Positions 1 to 13,196 of a stretch of DNA of 64,000 nt are shown in pieces (within the stretch, counting starts at the first letter, position 1; every line of letters starts with the position of its first letter). A model generated the notes under the pieces. That model saw only the letters and a program-made list of their open reading frames with translations. It was not told the origin of the DNA and made no database searches. The stretch covers positions 1 to 64,000 of the forward strand of contig JALDZS010000104.1 of NCBI GenBank assembly GCA_022813965.1, written 5' to 3'. The position numbers and the translations under genes are program-made. Source of the DNA: Toensbergia leucococca (taxonomy: Eukaryota).

Positions 1-307
1 CAACTGGTGCCTTCTCAAGGATAGAGTCGCAAAGAGAAGGCCTTATCCTCATGATCATGCTCAATTACATGCAGCGTGGATGGATGAGTGGGAAAAGCTG
101 AGTATAGAACGGGATATCAACCCATTGATAGAGAACCTAGAAAAGAGGATGCGACAGGTCCTAGAGCATGATGGGAACAATAACTTCCACGGTTGAATTG
201 ATGTTCGTACTCGTAGAATAGATGAAAATCACGATAAATGGCCTGTTCTATGCCAAGCCGCAGTTCCTACGTTGGCCATTTGCAATACTTTAAAAATTGA
301 CCTCGTA
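1..307 (+). mobile_element. 3' end of a Tc1/mariner DNA transposon: transposase C-terminus (2..196) plus putative right terminal inverted repeat ending ~305 and TA target site
   Basis: Frame 2 reads NWCLLKDRVAKRRPYPHDHAQLHAAWMDEWEKLSIERDINPLIENLEKRMRQVLEHDGNNNFHG*, matching the W..LK...W..I...I..L...M..R...V....G tail of Tc1-type DDE transposases. The reverse complement of ~280-307 begins TA|CGAGGTCAATTTTTAAAGT, resembling mariner/Tc1 termini. The left part lies outside the window. Confidence 0.75.
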
Positions 308-1004
308 CTCGTACCTTACTCTTGCTGTACGAATACGAATATTCCAGTTGCCGAGACCTTCCTTTTCCTCTTCCTCTTTCTCTTCCTCTTTCTCTTCCTC
401 TTGCACTTGGGTTGATGAAATTGCATGGAGGGCTGCCTTACTCATGGGGTATTTACTAATACCAATATGGGTCATAGGTAGGTAGTATTGCAACACCCCA
501 TTTGGAGAACCCGACACCCCCATCTACCTTACCCGATTAGGCAATAATGTCATGGCACCACGTTTTCCCTCGATTCTCCACCTCTATTCTATGGGGGTTC
601 TCAGGTGTCGGGCTCGGGGCGTCGGAAAATTAAGGTAGGAGCCTAAATGAAATCCTACTCGTGATTCGGGCTTTCAGAATGTGCGATTGGTAGAGAATCA
701 ATCTGATAGCGGGAATTAGCGTTGCCGGATGACGTTTACATCAAATTCCGGACAGACGAGACCTGCACTTCTCAGTAAGGTACACACCACTAGATAGCAT
801 GTACGTAGTGAGAAAATATACTTCTTTCTGTTGACTATCCCAGTCCAATTTTAGAAATCCGACTTTGAAACTATCTATCCGACGGGAAGTTGACCCTCCG
901 CTTTGTGACTGGTTATTAACTACCTCCATGCCTCCATGTCTTTTGTTCATGTTACAGTGATGAATGACCTACCAAGCTGAACAACTCCAGCCATCCATCT
1001 AACC

Positions 1005-4000
1005 ATGGCGTCGAATCCTTCCGACCAGCCACATGGCGACCATGTACCAGGTCCATGGCCCTCCAACTCGGCAAACAGCTTCAGAGCCGACTACCTCTCC
1101 CCTGCAGAACCTACCCATCTACAAAGCCACACTCCTGCCGACTCTGATGAAAAGTCGCACTCCTTGGCCGACAATATTTCTACCATTCCATATCATTCAC
1201 TTGCATCGGAAAAGGCTCTAGAAGCCCCCAATGAATCGTTGGGTGAAAAGGTAGATCCGGCATATTCTTTAGAGCGACCTATCGTAGCCAACGATGGATC
1301 GGAGACTTCGTCGTCTGATGGTCTTGGGGACAGCGAGAAGATGGGTGAAGCTCGCCAATTGGAGCCCATTAATACCAACAAGTCAAGGGAAGCTACCACC
1401 AGTGATGCTATTTTCAAGGCCTTGTCGCGGAGAAGGACCAATGCAAGTGGTCGCCAAGGCTCCTTCTCTTCTCACGATCCCAACGCCGACGATGTCGAGC
1501 AGGCCGAAATTGAGAGACTCATGTCTCGTATGTTTGGGCGAAATCGACAAGCAAATTCTGAAGAGGAAAAAACAAGACATGTGGGAGTAGTGTTCAAGGA
1601 TCTTACTGTCAAAGGACTAGGCCTTGGTGCTGCACTCCAACCGACCTTGGGTGATATTTTCTTGGGCCTGCCAAGATTAATCAAAGGCCTTCTGACAAAA
1701 GGATCAAAGGGAGCGCCTGGTAAGCCTCCGATTAGGACTATTTTGAATAACTTTACAGGATGTGTCAAACCGGGAGAGATGCTACTTGTCTTGGGTCGTC
1801 CAGGGTCTGGCTGCTCAACTTTCTTGAAGGTACTAGCAAATCAAAGGTTTGGCTACCAAAGCGTAGATGGTGAAGTCACCTACGGCGGCACAGATGCAGC
1901 TACCATGGGCAAGGACTATCGCGGCGAAATTTTGTATAACCCAGAAGACGGTAAGTCATTTTCGATACTCGCAATTTCTCGATCTTCAACAACTCTAATT
2001 TGAAAAAAAAACAGACCTACACTACGCTACACTTTCGGTAAAAAGCACTCTTGAGTTTGCCCTGAAGACTAGGACTCCCGGTAAAGCCTCGAGGAATGAA
2101 GGAGAAAGTCGAACGGAATATGTACGCGAATTCTTGAAAGTGGTCACGAAGCTTTTCTGGATTGAGCATACGTTGGGCACGAAGGTTGGAAATGAATATG
2201 TTCGTGGTGTGTCTGGGGGAGAAAAAAAACGAGTCAGTATCGCCGAAGCCATGATTACCAGAGCCAGTACGCAATGCTGGGATAATTCGACTAGAGGCCT
2301 AGATGCTAGTACAGCCTTGGAATATGTGGAGTCGTTACGGTCACTTACCAGCATGACCCATATTTCTACTTCGGTAGCACTATATCAGGCTGGAGAGAGT
2401 TTGTACAACCTCTTCGATAAGGTAGTCCTCATCGACGAAGGCAAGTGCCTTTACTATGGACCTACCACGGAAGCTGCCGCCTATTTTGAAGGCCTTGGGT
2501 TTACTCGACCCGCTCGATGGACGACTGCTGATTTCGTAAGGAAGCATCATTCTGTCTTGCAGTTGAACAATATATCAGCTGACAATAGCACCCCCTAGCT
2601 TACATCGGTCACTGATCAACACGAGCGCCAAGTCAAGGATGGCTACGAGAATCGAATCCCAAGATCTGCTGAACAATTTGCAGATGCATATCACAAGAGT
2701 CAAGCGTTTGAGAGAAATGTCGCAGATGTTCGAGAGCTGGAACAGATCACTGAACAGCAACGACGGGATCGGCTGGCTGCTAGTACCAAAGCTACGATGA
2801 AGAAAAATTATTCTTTGCCGTTCTACAAGCAGGTTACCGCATGCACCCATCGTCAGTTCCTAGTAATGTTTGGAGATCGGTTGACGTTAGGAGGAAAATG
2901 GGGTGGAATACTCTTCCAGGCTCTGATAGTCGGTTCTTTGTTCTTCAATATGCCGAAGACTTCATCGGGAGTCTTCACTCGTGGTGGTGTAATGTTCTTT
3001 ATGCTCTTATTCAACGCCTTGCTTGCCCTGGCCGAGTTGACTTCAGCATTCTCAAGTCGGCCTATACTGTTGAAGCATAAAAGCTTGTGAGTTCGATCGT
3101 GTTCATCGAGGACTCTCTTGCTAATGATCAGTATAGTTCCTTTTATCGACCAGCAGCATATGCCATTGCCCAGACTGTCGTGGATGTACCACTTGTTCTC
3201 ATTCAGGTGTTGATTTTTGACCTAGTCGTTTACTTCATGTCGGATCTCGCACGGACACCATCTCAATTCTTCATCAGCCTCCTCTTCCTCTGGATAATTA
3301 CAATGACCATGTATTCATTCTTCAGAAGTCTTGGTGCACTGTGCAAATCCCTCGACATCGCAACTAGGATTACGGGTGTCGCAATACAGGCGCTTATCGT
3401 GTATACAGGTTATCTAATTCCTCCTTCCAAGATGCATCCTTGGTTTAAGTGGCTCATTTGGATCAATCCTGTCCAATATGGCTTTGAAGCTCTTATGGCC
3501 AACGAATTCTACAATCTGCAAATACAGTGTGAGCCTCCTTATTTGGTACCTGAAGGCCCGTTGGCGTCTCCTCAATATCAATCCTGCACCATTCAAGGTA
3601 GCACGCCTGGTCAGCCTGTTGTCCAGGGTGCCAATTATATCAAGACTGCGTTCACATATGAGAGAGCACATCTATGGCGTAACTTCGGCATCATTACAGC
3701 TTTTTGGATTTTCTTCGTCATTCTCACTATGATTGGTATGGAGATGCAGAAACCGAATGCAGGTGGGGGTGCTGTCACTATATTTAAACGCGGCCAAGCA
3801 CCTAAGCACATTCAAAAAGCCATGGAGAACGGTGGCTCTGCTGATGATGAGGAAAAGGCAGGAGCTGTAGATGTCAACAACCTTGGAAAGGAAGATTCGA
3901 GCGGGTCAGACTCAAACAAAGCCGTCAAAGGGGTCGCTAAAAATGAAAACGTATTTACCTATCAGAACGTCAATTACACAATCCCGTTGCCAAAGGGCGA

Positions 4001-6057
4001 GAGAAAACTTCTTGATGATGTACAAGGGTATGTTAGACCTGGTAAGCTGACTGCGCTTATGGGGGCAAGCGGTGCTGGAAAGACTACACTCTTGAACACT
4101 TTGGCCCAGAGAATCAACTTTGGGACAGTGAGTGGCGACTTTTTAGTGGACGGAAGACCGTTGCCTAAATCTTTCCAAAGAGCAACTGGCTTTGCCGAGC
4201 AATCGGATGTTCATGAACCTACCGCTACCGTACGGGAGGCTTTACAATTCTCTGCCCTTCTCAGACAGCCACAGGAGATTCCAATCAAAGAAAAATACGA
4301 CTACTGCGAAAAGATCATTGATCTCTTAGAAATGAGAAGCATCGCAGGCGCTACCATCGGCGTCTCTGGCAACGGATTGAATCAAGAGCAGCGCAAACGA
4401 GTTACTATCGGAGTCGAGTTGGCGAGTAAACCAGAGCTACTCATGTTTTTGGATGAACCGACATCAGGTTTAGATTCAGGGGCTGCTTTCAACATCATTC
4501 GTTTCCTTCGGAAATTGGCAGATGCTTCGCAAGCTGTACTATGCACTATCCACCAACCTTCTTCTGTCCTTTTCCAGCACTTTGACGAACTTTTACTTCT
4601 GAAATCTGGAGGAAGGGTTGTTTATCACGGATCACTGGGGAAAGACTCCAGAACTCTAATAGATTACTTTGAGAGAAACGGAGCCAAGAAGTGTCCTCCA
4701 AGCGCAAATCCTGCCGAATATATGCTCGAAGTCATAGGTGCAGGAGATCCGAATTACAAGGGTAAAGACTGGGGAGATGTTTGGGCATCTTCACCCGAAC
4801 ACGAGACACGTAGCCAGGAGATTCAACACATGATCACTGAGCGCCGTCAACTCTCTTCGACGAAGCATACCGATGACGATCGCGAGTACGCAATGCCACT
4901 CAAGGATCAAGTCGTTACAGTCGTCAAGCGCTCCTTCACCGCGTATTGGCGCACTCCTGACTACATGCTTGGCAAATTCATCCTTCATATCGTCACCGGT
5001 CTCTTCAATACCTTCACTTTCTATCACGTCGGCAGCTCTCAAATTGACATGCAATCTCGCCTCTTCTCCATCTTCCTGACCCTCACAATCGCCCCTCCCT
5101 TAATTCAACAATTGCAGCCTCAATACCTCCGGTTCCGCGACCTCTACCGCTCTCGCGAGGCAAATTCCAAGATTTACTCCTGGATTGCCTTTACCACCGG
5201 CGCCATCCTCGTCGAGCTCCCCTACTCCATCCTCGCCGGAACAATTTATTTCATGTGCTGGTGGTGGGGCGCTGTTGGCCGGGGCCGCAGCACATTCGAG
5301 TCCGGATACACGTGGATGCTTCTTATGCTCTTTGAATTCTTCATCATTGGCTTCGGGCAAGCCATCGCTTCCTTCTCTCCCAACGACCTTCTCGCCAGTC
5401 TCCTCGTCCCTATTTTCTTCCTCTTTGTCGTCTCCTTCTGCGGCGTAGTCGTCCCCTATGCTGCTCTTCCACATGTATGCTCCTTCTCCGTCTGAGACTT
5501 CTCCGCCACACACTGACACTGATATCGTAGTTCTGGCAATCGTGGATGTACTGGCTTACTCCCTTCCACTACCTCCTCGAAGGCTTCCTGACCGTTGGTC
5601 TCCACGGCCTCACGGTCGAGTGCGCATCCAGCGAATTCGCAAGATTCGCAGCTCCACCCGGCCAAACATGCCAGAGCTATACCTCGTCATTCATCAAACA
5701 AGCAGGTGGCTACGTGCAGAACGGCTCTGACGGTCTTTGCGAGTTCTGCCAGTATGCCACCGGTGATGAATTCGTAAGTTCCCTTCTTTTCCTTCCCCCT
5801 CCCCAACGCTCATTTTTGATCAACACGCTAATACGTTCCTTCTTTCCCAGGCCGCGGGTTTCAATTGTTTTTACTCGCACAAGTGGCTCGATTATGGCGT
5901 CTTTTGGGCTTTTTGCATCTTCAATTTCGCCGTTGTGTTTTTGTGCTCGTGGCTCTTTTTGGGGGGCGGGAAGCAGATTAGGGCGTTTTTTAGCCCGAAG
6001 GCGAGGAGGGAGGAGAGGGAGAAGGTTAGGTTGGGGAGGGGAGGGGGAGGGGTGTGA
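1005..6057 (+). CDS. Full-size PDR/ABCG multidrug ABC transporter (NBD-TMD)2; exons ~1005-1950, 2015-2535, 2599-3086, 3137-5474, 5531-5773, 5851-6057
   Basis: NBD1 has degenerate Walker A GRPGSGCST, signature VSGGEKKRVSIAE and CWDNSTRGLD. NBD2 has GASGAGKTT, LNQEQRKRVTIGVELA and FLDEPTSGLD. Two TM blocks carry PDR extracellular motifs. Five GT-AG introns join the ORF-track pieces in frame. Confidence 0.95.
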
Positions 6058-7192
6058 GGTGGTGGGGTTTCTTTTTTGTTTTGTTTTTGAATGTGGGGTT
6101 GGTGTGTGTGTTTTTGGTGAGATGGGATGGTTGGATTGATAGATGGATGTATTTTAGTAGGACATTTTTTTTGGGGGGAGGGGGGTTGGTTAGTGTATAT
6201 ACTATCGCCCTTTTGTGACTCGGGCTTCTTTTTTCTTTTCATTTTGAAGTTTGAGTGGGGTTTTTGGTGCTGGGTTTTTTAATTGGATTTTATGTTATTT
6301 GATGTAGAGAGAGAGAAAGAATTGAGACTCTTTTCAGGGAAGCTTTTTTGAAGTTGTTGGGATTGGTATGCCTCCCTTATGTATGGGTCCCGCCGTCCCA
6401 GTGAGGTTGAGAGGGTGACTTTTATTTTTCGTTGGGGTTGTTTGACTGATGAGGTTTTTTGGGGATTGAGTTTTGAGGTTTTGGAGGGTGGAGTTTGGGG
6501 GGTTTTTTTTTTTTTTTTGGTGGTGGTAATTGGTTTTGCTGGGGGGATGAGGGGGATTTTGAGAGGGGTGAAGACTGATTTGTTGACGAAGGGGGGTTTT
6601 TAAATGAGGAGATCATTTTGTGAAATTCATACAGATGTGATTTTTGAGTCTTAGGTGATTAGTGATTGAAAGTTTACATGACGGAGAGGATGGGGCTAGA
6701 AGTTGCCTCTTTTTGTGATGGTTTCAGATTCTTTTGTGATTTTATAACTTTCAATTTTTTTTGTTACTGCTTTTTTTATATTGACTGAGGTGATGAGGGT
6801 GATTTTTCCTTCTTGTGAGAAATTGTTTAAGAATTGCAATGGTTTTCTGTGCACGCTGATAGTTCTCTTTGAGTATCTTCAGGATGTTCCTCTGCGCCGA
6901 AGCGGGATTTGGGAATGATGATGTTGTTTAATCTTCTGCTTATTTCTACAGCTAATGTTTTAGTTGCTTCGTGAAGTGGGTGAATCAATGAACTGTCTGC
7001 AAGTCTGGGAGGGTTGCGCGAAAGCGCTTTCCTTTGTCCGAATTTTCGGTGAGTGTGGTGTTGTATTTGCTATTTTACTTGTTTGAAGTGATTGGAAGCG
7101 TGATGTTTGACGGTTGAGCGTTAATGACGCATTGCTAGAACCTCACAACAGCGCCATGGCCTTGAGATGGGAGGGGCATTAGCGTTTGAGAA

Positions 7193-8401
7193 TTAGGACT
7201 TGGGGAGTTTGATAGGGAAGATATCACCGTGTTCGCCAGGTCGTCGTTCTCTGATTACCGGGCCAAATGATCCACTCCTCTTGCCTTCCCCAAAGGAGTG
7301 CTCCTCTTTCTTGCCCTTGTTCTCTTCGTCTGGCTCGTCCGAACTCGGATGAGCTGGCACTGGCACGGGGAAGCTCCTCTCCTGATTTTCTTGGCATTGC
7401 TTTCTGTCGCCCTCTTCGTCCAATGCCCCAGGCACGAGCGCCTCTGCAATTTCTAATAATTCTTTCTCACCCTCACTTTCACCCCTCCACTGATCCCACA
7501 CACTCCACCACCATCCATGCGTTACGCCATCCCGACCTAAATGCCCAGCTACCCCGTCCTGCGCAATCCGCCTCGCCCACGGCTTATCAACAATGTAATG
7601 TAAACCGCAGACCTCATCATCTCGCCACATGCTCTCATGCCAATACCGCATCGTCTTCAAGGCATTGTACTGCCACCCCAAACTCATCCATTTGTCGGCA
7701 AAGAAATCGGCTAGGAAATCTTGGTCGGGGAATTTGTATGTGGAAAGCAGTGTTGAGCTTTCAAAATAGTGAAGCATGGTGCTCCAGAGAGATGGAGAGG
7801 GGTGGAAAAGGAACATGCCCGAATTTAGAATGCGGTGGGTGGATTTCGCATCCGGGTCTTCGGAGCTAGGGACGGGGGTGGGACTCGTAAGGGCGGTTGG
7901 ATGATGGAGGGGTGTGTAGGCGCAATTGGCGGCTGTCCAGTCGGCTGGTGCCCAAGAGTCTTTGTCGAGGTTACAGACACAAGCGTGATTTGCGGCTAGC
8001 CAGTCTGGAGACGGCAGGCGGGTCTCAAACACGGAATCCATGTTGCGATATATGGTAATGTCTGCATCGAGGAAGACGAGGGTGGTGTAGTCTGTCAGGG
8101 AAAAGACACGGAGTTTTGTCCAAGTGTCTTCGAAGCGGGAGGCGATGAGGGTGATTTTATGATGGGGTGCGGGGAGGAGGGGAGAGACAGGATGGATGAT
8201 TAGGAGAGGGTTGTGGATGGATTCCAGAGTGAGGGCGCGGAGGCATGGTTCAGGGAGAGCTGGTGTCGTAAGGACCAAGAGAGGGTATTGGGTTGCATGG
8301 AGTTTGAGGGTGTAGGCTAAAGTTAGGACACCGGGGAGGTAGGACGAGCGAGTCAGGAGGGTCACCCAGGCCTTTCCCATTACGGTGGAGTCTGGAGGCA
8401 T
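7193..8401 (-). CDS. Glycosyltransferase family 8 protein (glycogenin/galactinol-synthase-like), single exon
   Basis: 402-aa ORF with WVTLLT..SYLPG, TWTKL, DxD (FLDADI), LNSGMF, DQDFL and LHYIVDKPW motifs typical of GT8. Confidence 0.9.
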   Translation of the reverse strand: MPPDSTVMGKAWVTLLTRSSYLPGVLTLAYTLKLHATQYPLLVLTTPALPEPCLRALTLESIHNPLLIIHPVSPLLPAPHHKITLIASRFEDTWTKLRVFSLTDYTTLVFLDADITIYRNMDSVFETRLPSPDWLAANHACVCNLDKDSWAPADWTAANCAYTPLHHPTALTSPTPVPSSEDPDAKSTHRILNSGMFLFHPSPSLWSTMLHYFESSTLLSTYKFPDQDFLADFFADKWMSLGWQYNALKTMRYWHESMWRDDEVCGLHYIVDKPWARRIAQDGVAGHLGRDGVTHGWWWSVWDQWRGESEGEKELLEIAEALVPGALDEEGDRKQCQENQERSFPVPVPAHPSSDEPDEENKGKKEEHSFGEGKRSGSFGPVIRERRPGEHGDIFPIKLPKS

Positions 8402-9057
8402 ATTGTAAGTTGAAAAGTGATGAGTGTGGAATTATCATGCCAAGTACTATCCTACCCGTGAGAAAGGCTACACCAGCCGGTCCGATAAAAATCTAAAGAC
8501 ATTTGGGACTTTTACCCAAACATAGACATGCAACTCATAGATTCATGATGTCAACATGATTCGGAAGCTTTGATCGTACCAGGTGTAGCATCGCCTAGCG
8601 AATCCGGGAATGGATATAGCTCTCAGAGGTATTCGATTCAAATCAGCACCTGAGGGCGCGCATCATCGCAGTCTTGAGGCTTTGAAGATTCACTTGTTGG
8701 ACGTTGAGTTTGCTCCGGTCTGGCAATTAGAATAGAAATTTAGAACCATTCTCATTCTAAGCTAATCAGATATTCTGATGTAGAATATGATCTGCACAAG
8801 GAGTCTCTGCCAAGTGCCAATCAAGCCGGTAACATTCCTCCAATTTTCTTTCATTGCCTGAGGGCTTAGATTACTAATATTGAATACGAGTATGTGGACT
8901 GAAGCAATCTCAGCAGGAGTGGCGGCATGAACACTTTAATCACGGGCTATGGTGCGACTATTTGGCATCTGCAGGACATTGATAGCCATGACATCATCAT
9001 CATGACCAAACACCAACGGCCCTAAGTAAACATTTATTCTATGTGAAATGCGTCTCT

Positions 9058-9098
9058 CCTACCTGCCTACCTGCCTACCTGCCTACCTGCCTACCTGC
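9058..9098. repeat. 8-bp tandem repeat (CCTACCTG)x5 in the divergent GT8/AKR intergenic region
   Basis: Directly visible: cctacctgcctacctgcctacctgcctacctgcctacctgc. Confidence 0.9.
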
Positions 9099-9157
9099 AA
9101 TAATCGTTGAATAGCCTACTAAAACTCTGCCAAAATGCCGCAAAGGTTGCAGAGGTA

Positions 9158-10186
9158 ATGTTAGCCCTCTCCGTTCCAATTGTCCAAAGAGTTGACTTGT
9201 TCGCAAGTCAGCTTCACCCCCACCATGAGCCTCTTCCCGTCCAATATCAAACCACACCAGAAGGCCGCGCCGCAGCACAGTCCTACCACCAAAATCCTAC
9301 TCTCTCACTAGAGGATACCCTCCCCCTCCTCAAATCATCTACTAAAATCCCCCGCCTCGGCTTCGGTGTCTATAAATCACATCAAAAAGTCTGTATCGCC
9401 TCCTGCCTCACCGCCCTAGGAACCGGCTATCGCCACATCGACTCTGCTCAGTTCTACGCCAACGAATCTGAAGTCGGCGAAGCAGTGCGCCAATCTGGTC
9501 TTGCTCGCAGCGAAGTCTTCATCACCACCAAGATCCTCTCGGCTGGAGGATCGCCTGAAGCAACATATCGTAAATGCGCTGACAGCGTGGAAAAAATCGA
9601 TACTGGGGGATATGTAGATTTATTTTTGATTCATACGCCGAGTGGAGGCTCGGATGCAATAAAAGAGATGTGGCAGGCGCTGGAGAGGTTGTTGAACGAG
9701 GGAAAAGCAAAGAGCATTGGCGTTAGCAATTTTGGCGTGGGCCACTTGGAGGAGATGAAAGCTTGGGCGAAGGTTTGGCCGCCCCAGGTCAATCAGCTCG
9801 AAGTGAGTTTTCTTGTTTCCTTCGTGTAGCTTTATTTGCTGATTTACAAATAGCTTCATCCCTGGTGTCAACAACGGAGGATAGTCTCCTATTGCCAAGA
9901 ACACAACATCGTCATAGAGGCATATTCCCCACTCGTCCGCGGCCAAAAGTCTCACGATCCGACCCTAGTCAAAGTCGTAGAGAAACATGGCAAAACTATG
10001 GCGCAGATACTTGTCCGGTACGGTCTGCAAAAAGGTTGGGTACCTCTACCGAAAAGTGATACGCCGAGTCGCATCAAGGAGAATGCGGATGTGTACGGCT
10101 TTGAACTGGATGGCGAGGACATGGAATTATTGGATGGGTTGGATGAAGGGAGTAATGGTGCGATTGTGGAGGCTGTAGTGAATTGA
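9158..10186 (+). CDS. Aldo-keto reductase; intron 9803-9853; start codon uncertain
   Basis: Motifs IPRLGFGVY, GYRHIDSAQFYANE, VFITTK, YVDLFLIHTP, SIGVSNF, NQLE|LHPW, AYSPL and LPKS...RIKEN. The intron restores the frame. Confidence 0.88.
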
Positions 10187-10907
10187 GGGGCGTTGTAAGA
10201 TGGAGGGAATCGAGAAGTTGGGCAAGGAACGATTGAGCCGGCTTGACTTAAGATGTAGACGTATTTATTGCGCAAAGCATCTCTGAGGAACGAGTCCTAT
10301 CAGCAAGTATTTGCCATTCGCCATTCGCTACTTGCCATTTCCCCCACATGGACAGATTGAAATTTCAAGTGTGAATTTCTTATATAAGATGATGAATTGG
10401 GATAATAAGAAGCAAGACTAGAATAGAATAGGGGTTGCCAAGAGCTTGAAATTCTGGTGGTTACCTACCTAGTATTGATAAGCAGGATGATGCAATTCTA
10501 TTGGCCTGCTTATCCAAAGTGCTAGGTATTCAATCTGTACTCGTATTTGTTATCGTGAAGCCGTCGATGTTTCCCGCGTCAATCATGAAAGTGGAACTTC
10601 ATGGCTGTGCCTCCAACCCTCGACGATCTGTTCTAGAATTACTTTATTCTACCCACGCTACAGCCATGACGCACCCCAATTCTGCGCCCCACGCGTGGAA
10701 CATTCCTTCAAGCGTCAACCACCCATTGACTCCGCTTGTCTGCCTGCATAGCAAGACGGCACCATCATACCACACCAAGAAACCTTTCTGATATTGTGTG
10801 GGAGACGATTGCATCACCTTCCTTGCTTCTGTCATCCACAGCTGCCCTCTCTGAACCCTTCAAAATGGCATCAAAACCACGTCCAATTAGACCAACTTTT
10901 AACGACT

Positions 10908-13196
10908 ATGGACGACCTTCAAGATTTCGTAAAGGTCCCTTTGATACCTGCATTTTTAGACGTCGCAAGAGAAAAGGCTGAAGATAGCACATATATCTCC
11001 CCCAAGAAGAAATCCCATCCATGGGCCAATTTAGCCACCACCTTGACCACCTATCCCTTCCCTCTTTCAACCCGCCGCTTTGGTTCTCTTTTCAAGGGCT
11101 GGCGGTTGGGTGTCAGCCTCGGGGCCATAGTGGCTATTGCTGCTTTCTTGACTAACCTTGCTTTTATCTTTGCAAGCTTGGGCTACTACAAGTTTGAAGA
11201 TGGCATTACAACAGTTTATCAAGGGAGCTGCCCCAAAGTCAGGAGTCTCTCCCAGATATTTCATCTCGGCATCAATGTCTTCAGTACACTATTACTCGGG
11301 TCCAGCAACTATTGTATGCAATGCCTTTCATCTCCAACGAGAGAAGAGGTTGACGTTGCCCACGCTGGTAATAGATCATTGGTCATCGGCGTCCCTAGTC
11401 TAAAGAATCTAGGACGGATAAGCAGAAGAAGAGTTCTTCTATGGTTTTGTCTTGGGCTTAGCTCGTTTCCGTTACATCTTTTGTACGCTCCACCCCATTT
11501 CCATCAACTAGATATCTCTACTACAAGGGATTCTACCAAGACTTTTGACTGATTTATATCAGGTACAACGCTGTGGTCTTTGAGACTATCTCTGCCAATG
11601 ATTACCTCGCTATTTTGACTACAGAGAAATTTGTTCAGGGTGGAAAGTGGAGTACCAACGATGATTTCGCGCCTGAAATTCAAGCCTTGCAAAATAGCAC
11701 ATCTGCTCTGGAATACCTGGATCCTGCTACATGCATACAATCTTATGGATCACGGTTTATTTCAAATCGACGTCATGTTCTGATAGTCTCAAATGCCTCT
11801 GATGATCAAAATGGGCTGATACGATATGATGTTGAACGGCCAGATGGTCCAAGCTGCGAGATATTTTCATGGCTTTGTACTTCGCGAGGTAATGATTCCT
11901 GTGGCTCGTTTGATGCTTTCAGTTGGACCACATCTTATCACCCATGTGATCCCGGAGGTTCTGTAAATCAAGCCAATAATTGGAGACTTTATGGCGCTGA
12001 CGCTGCCTATGGTCCATTCTCCGACGGTGGCCGGGTAGGAGGACAAATCCAATACTGTCTCAGTCAGCAATCACCTGGCCAATGCAAACTCGGGTTGAGT
12101 ATTTCCATTTTGGCTGCCGTAACCTTCTGTAATCTGGTGAAGATCCTGTGTCTTGCGACAACGCTTTTCTCTATCAAAGACAGCTCAAATCTCCTAGTCA
12201 CCACGGGTGATGCGATTGCATCTTTCCTCGACGTTCCCGACACGACCACGGCAGACCGAAGTATCATTAGTCGACAGAATTCGAGCTCTAGAGAAAAAGG
12301 ATGGGTGGCTAACAGTGACTTGGTTTTGAGAAGATGGAAAGCATTGCCAAAGTCATGGTTTCAAGCGGATAGTGGCTCTCGCTGGATTAGTTGTATGACA
12401 CCGTATGTTGCTCTTTCCTTGCGGCCAACCATTGTATGCTTCTAATCATCTCTATAGAATTGTCATAATGATTGGCGGAACCGGCTTCTTTCTCCTCGAC
12501 AGTAGCTTTGGAGCCAAGACCCTGTTTGGGAACGGACTGGGCAACAACGATCCCTCCCTAGTATTCCAGTCCCAGTTTCACCGCAGTCTTTTGAGCGTGG
12601 TACTACTTGTCAACCTTCCTCAGCTTCTTGTCTCTTATGTTTATGTTGTCTACAATGGACTCTTTACCTGCATGCTGTTGACGCTCGAGTGGAGCCGTTA
12701 TGCTCATTGCCGCAAGGGACTAAGAGTCACTTCACCGAGGGGCCAGCAACGATCTACTCACTACCTTCATTTGCCGTACATGTATTCGATCCCATTACTT
12801 GTTGTATCTGGACTGCTTCATTGGCTCGTGTCTCAGAGCGTCTTTATGGTTCGAGTCAATGTTTTCGATGTTGCAGGTGTTCAAGATCGAATCATCTCAG
12901 CGTGTGGATATTCTCCTTTGGCTATGATCTTTACAATGGTTTTTGGGGCGCTGATGATCGTCACGGCTCTGGGTATTGGTATACATCGAAAATACGAACC
13001 AGGAATGCCATCCGCAGCAATTTGCAGCGCTGCTATTAGTGTGGCATGCCACCCGACTGAAGACGACCTTGATGCCGCTACATTGCCGGTCATGTTTGGG
13101 GCTATCGAAACAGAGTCTGGCGTCAAGCTTGCGACATTCAGTGGCAAAGAAGTAATGCCGAAGATGCTAGCCGATAAAGCATTTGAAAAGAGTTGA
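10908..13196 (+). CDS. Fungal multi-pass membrane protein (DUF6536-like); exons ~10908-11482, 11563-12402, 12458-13196
   Basis: Motifs HLGINVFSTLLLGSSNYCMQCLSSPTREEVDVAH, LHLL|YNAVVF, LVTTGDAIASFL and LRVTSPRGQQRSTHYLHLPY..SIPL are recalled from this uncharacterised ascomycete family. Both introns restore the frame. Confidence 0.75.

Noticed and set aside
290..523. Short ORFs with poly-Glu or poly-Ser
   Set aside because: They arise from a pyrimidine-rich (ttcctc-type) simple repeat at ~358-401, with no other coding evidence.
1790..1825. Walker A with Cys instead of Lys (GSGCST) in the ABC transporter
   Set aside because: This is the normal degenerate NBD1 of fungal PDR transporters, not a defect.
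5892..6616. Lys/Pro-rich and Gly/Phe/Val-rich ORFs
   Set aside because: They are by-products of the extreme G/T strand skew.
1005..13196. ABC transporter, GT8, reductase and membrane protein as a secondary-metabolite cluster
   Set aside because: There is no PKS, NRPS, terpene synthase or pathway transcription factor in the window, and adjacency alone is insufficient.
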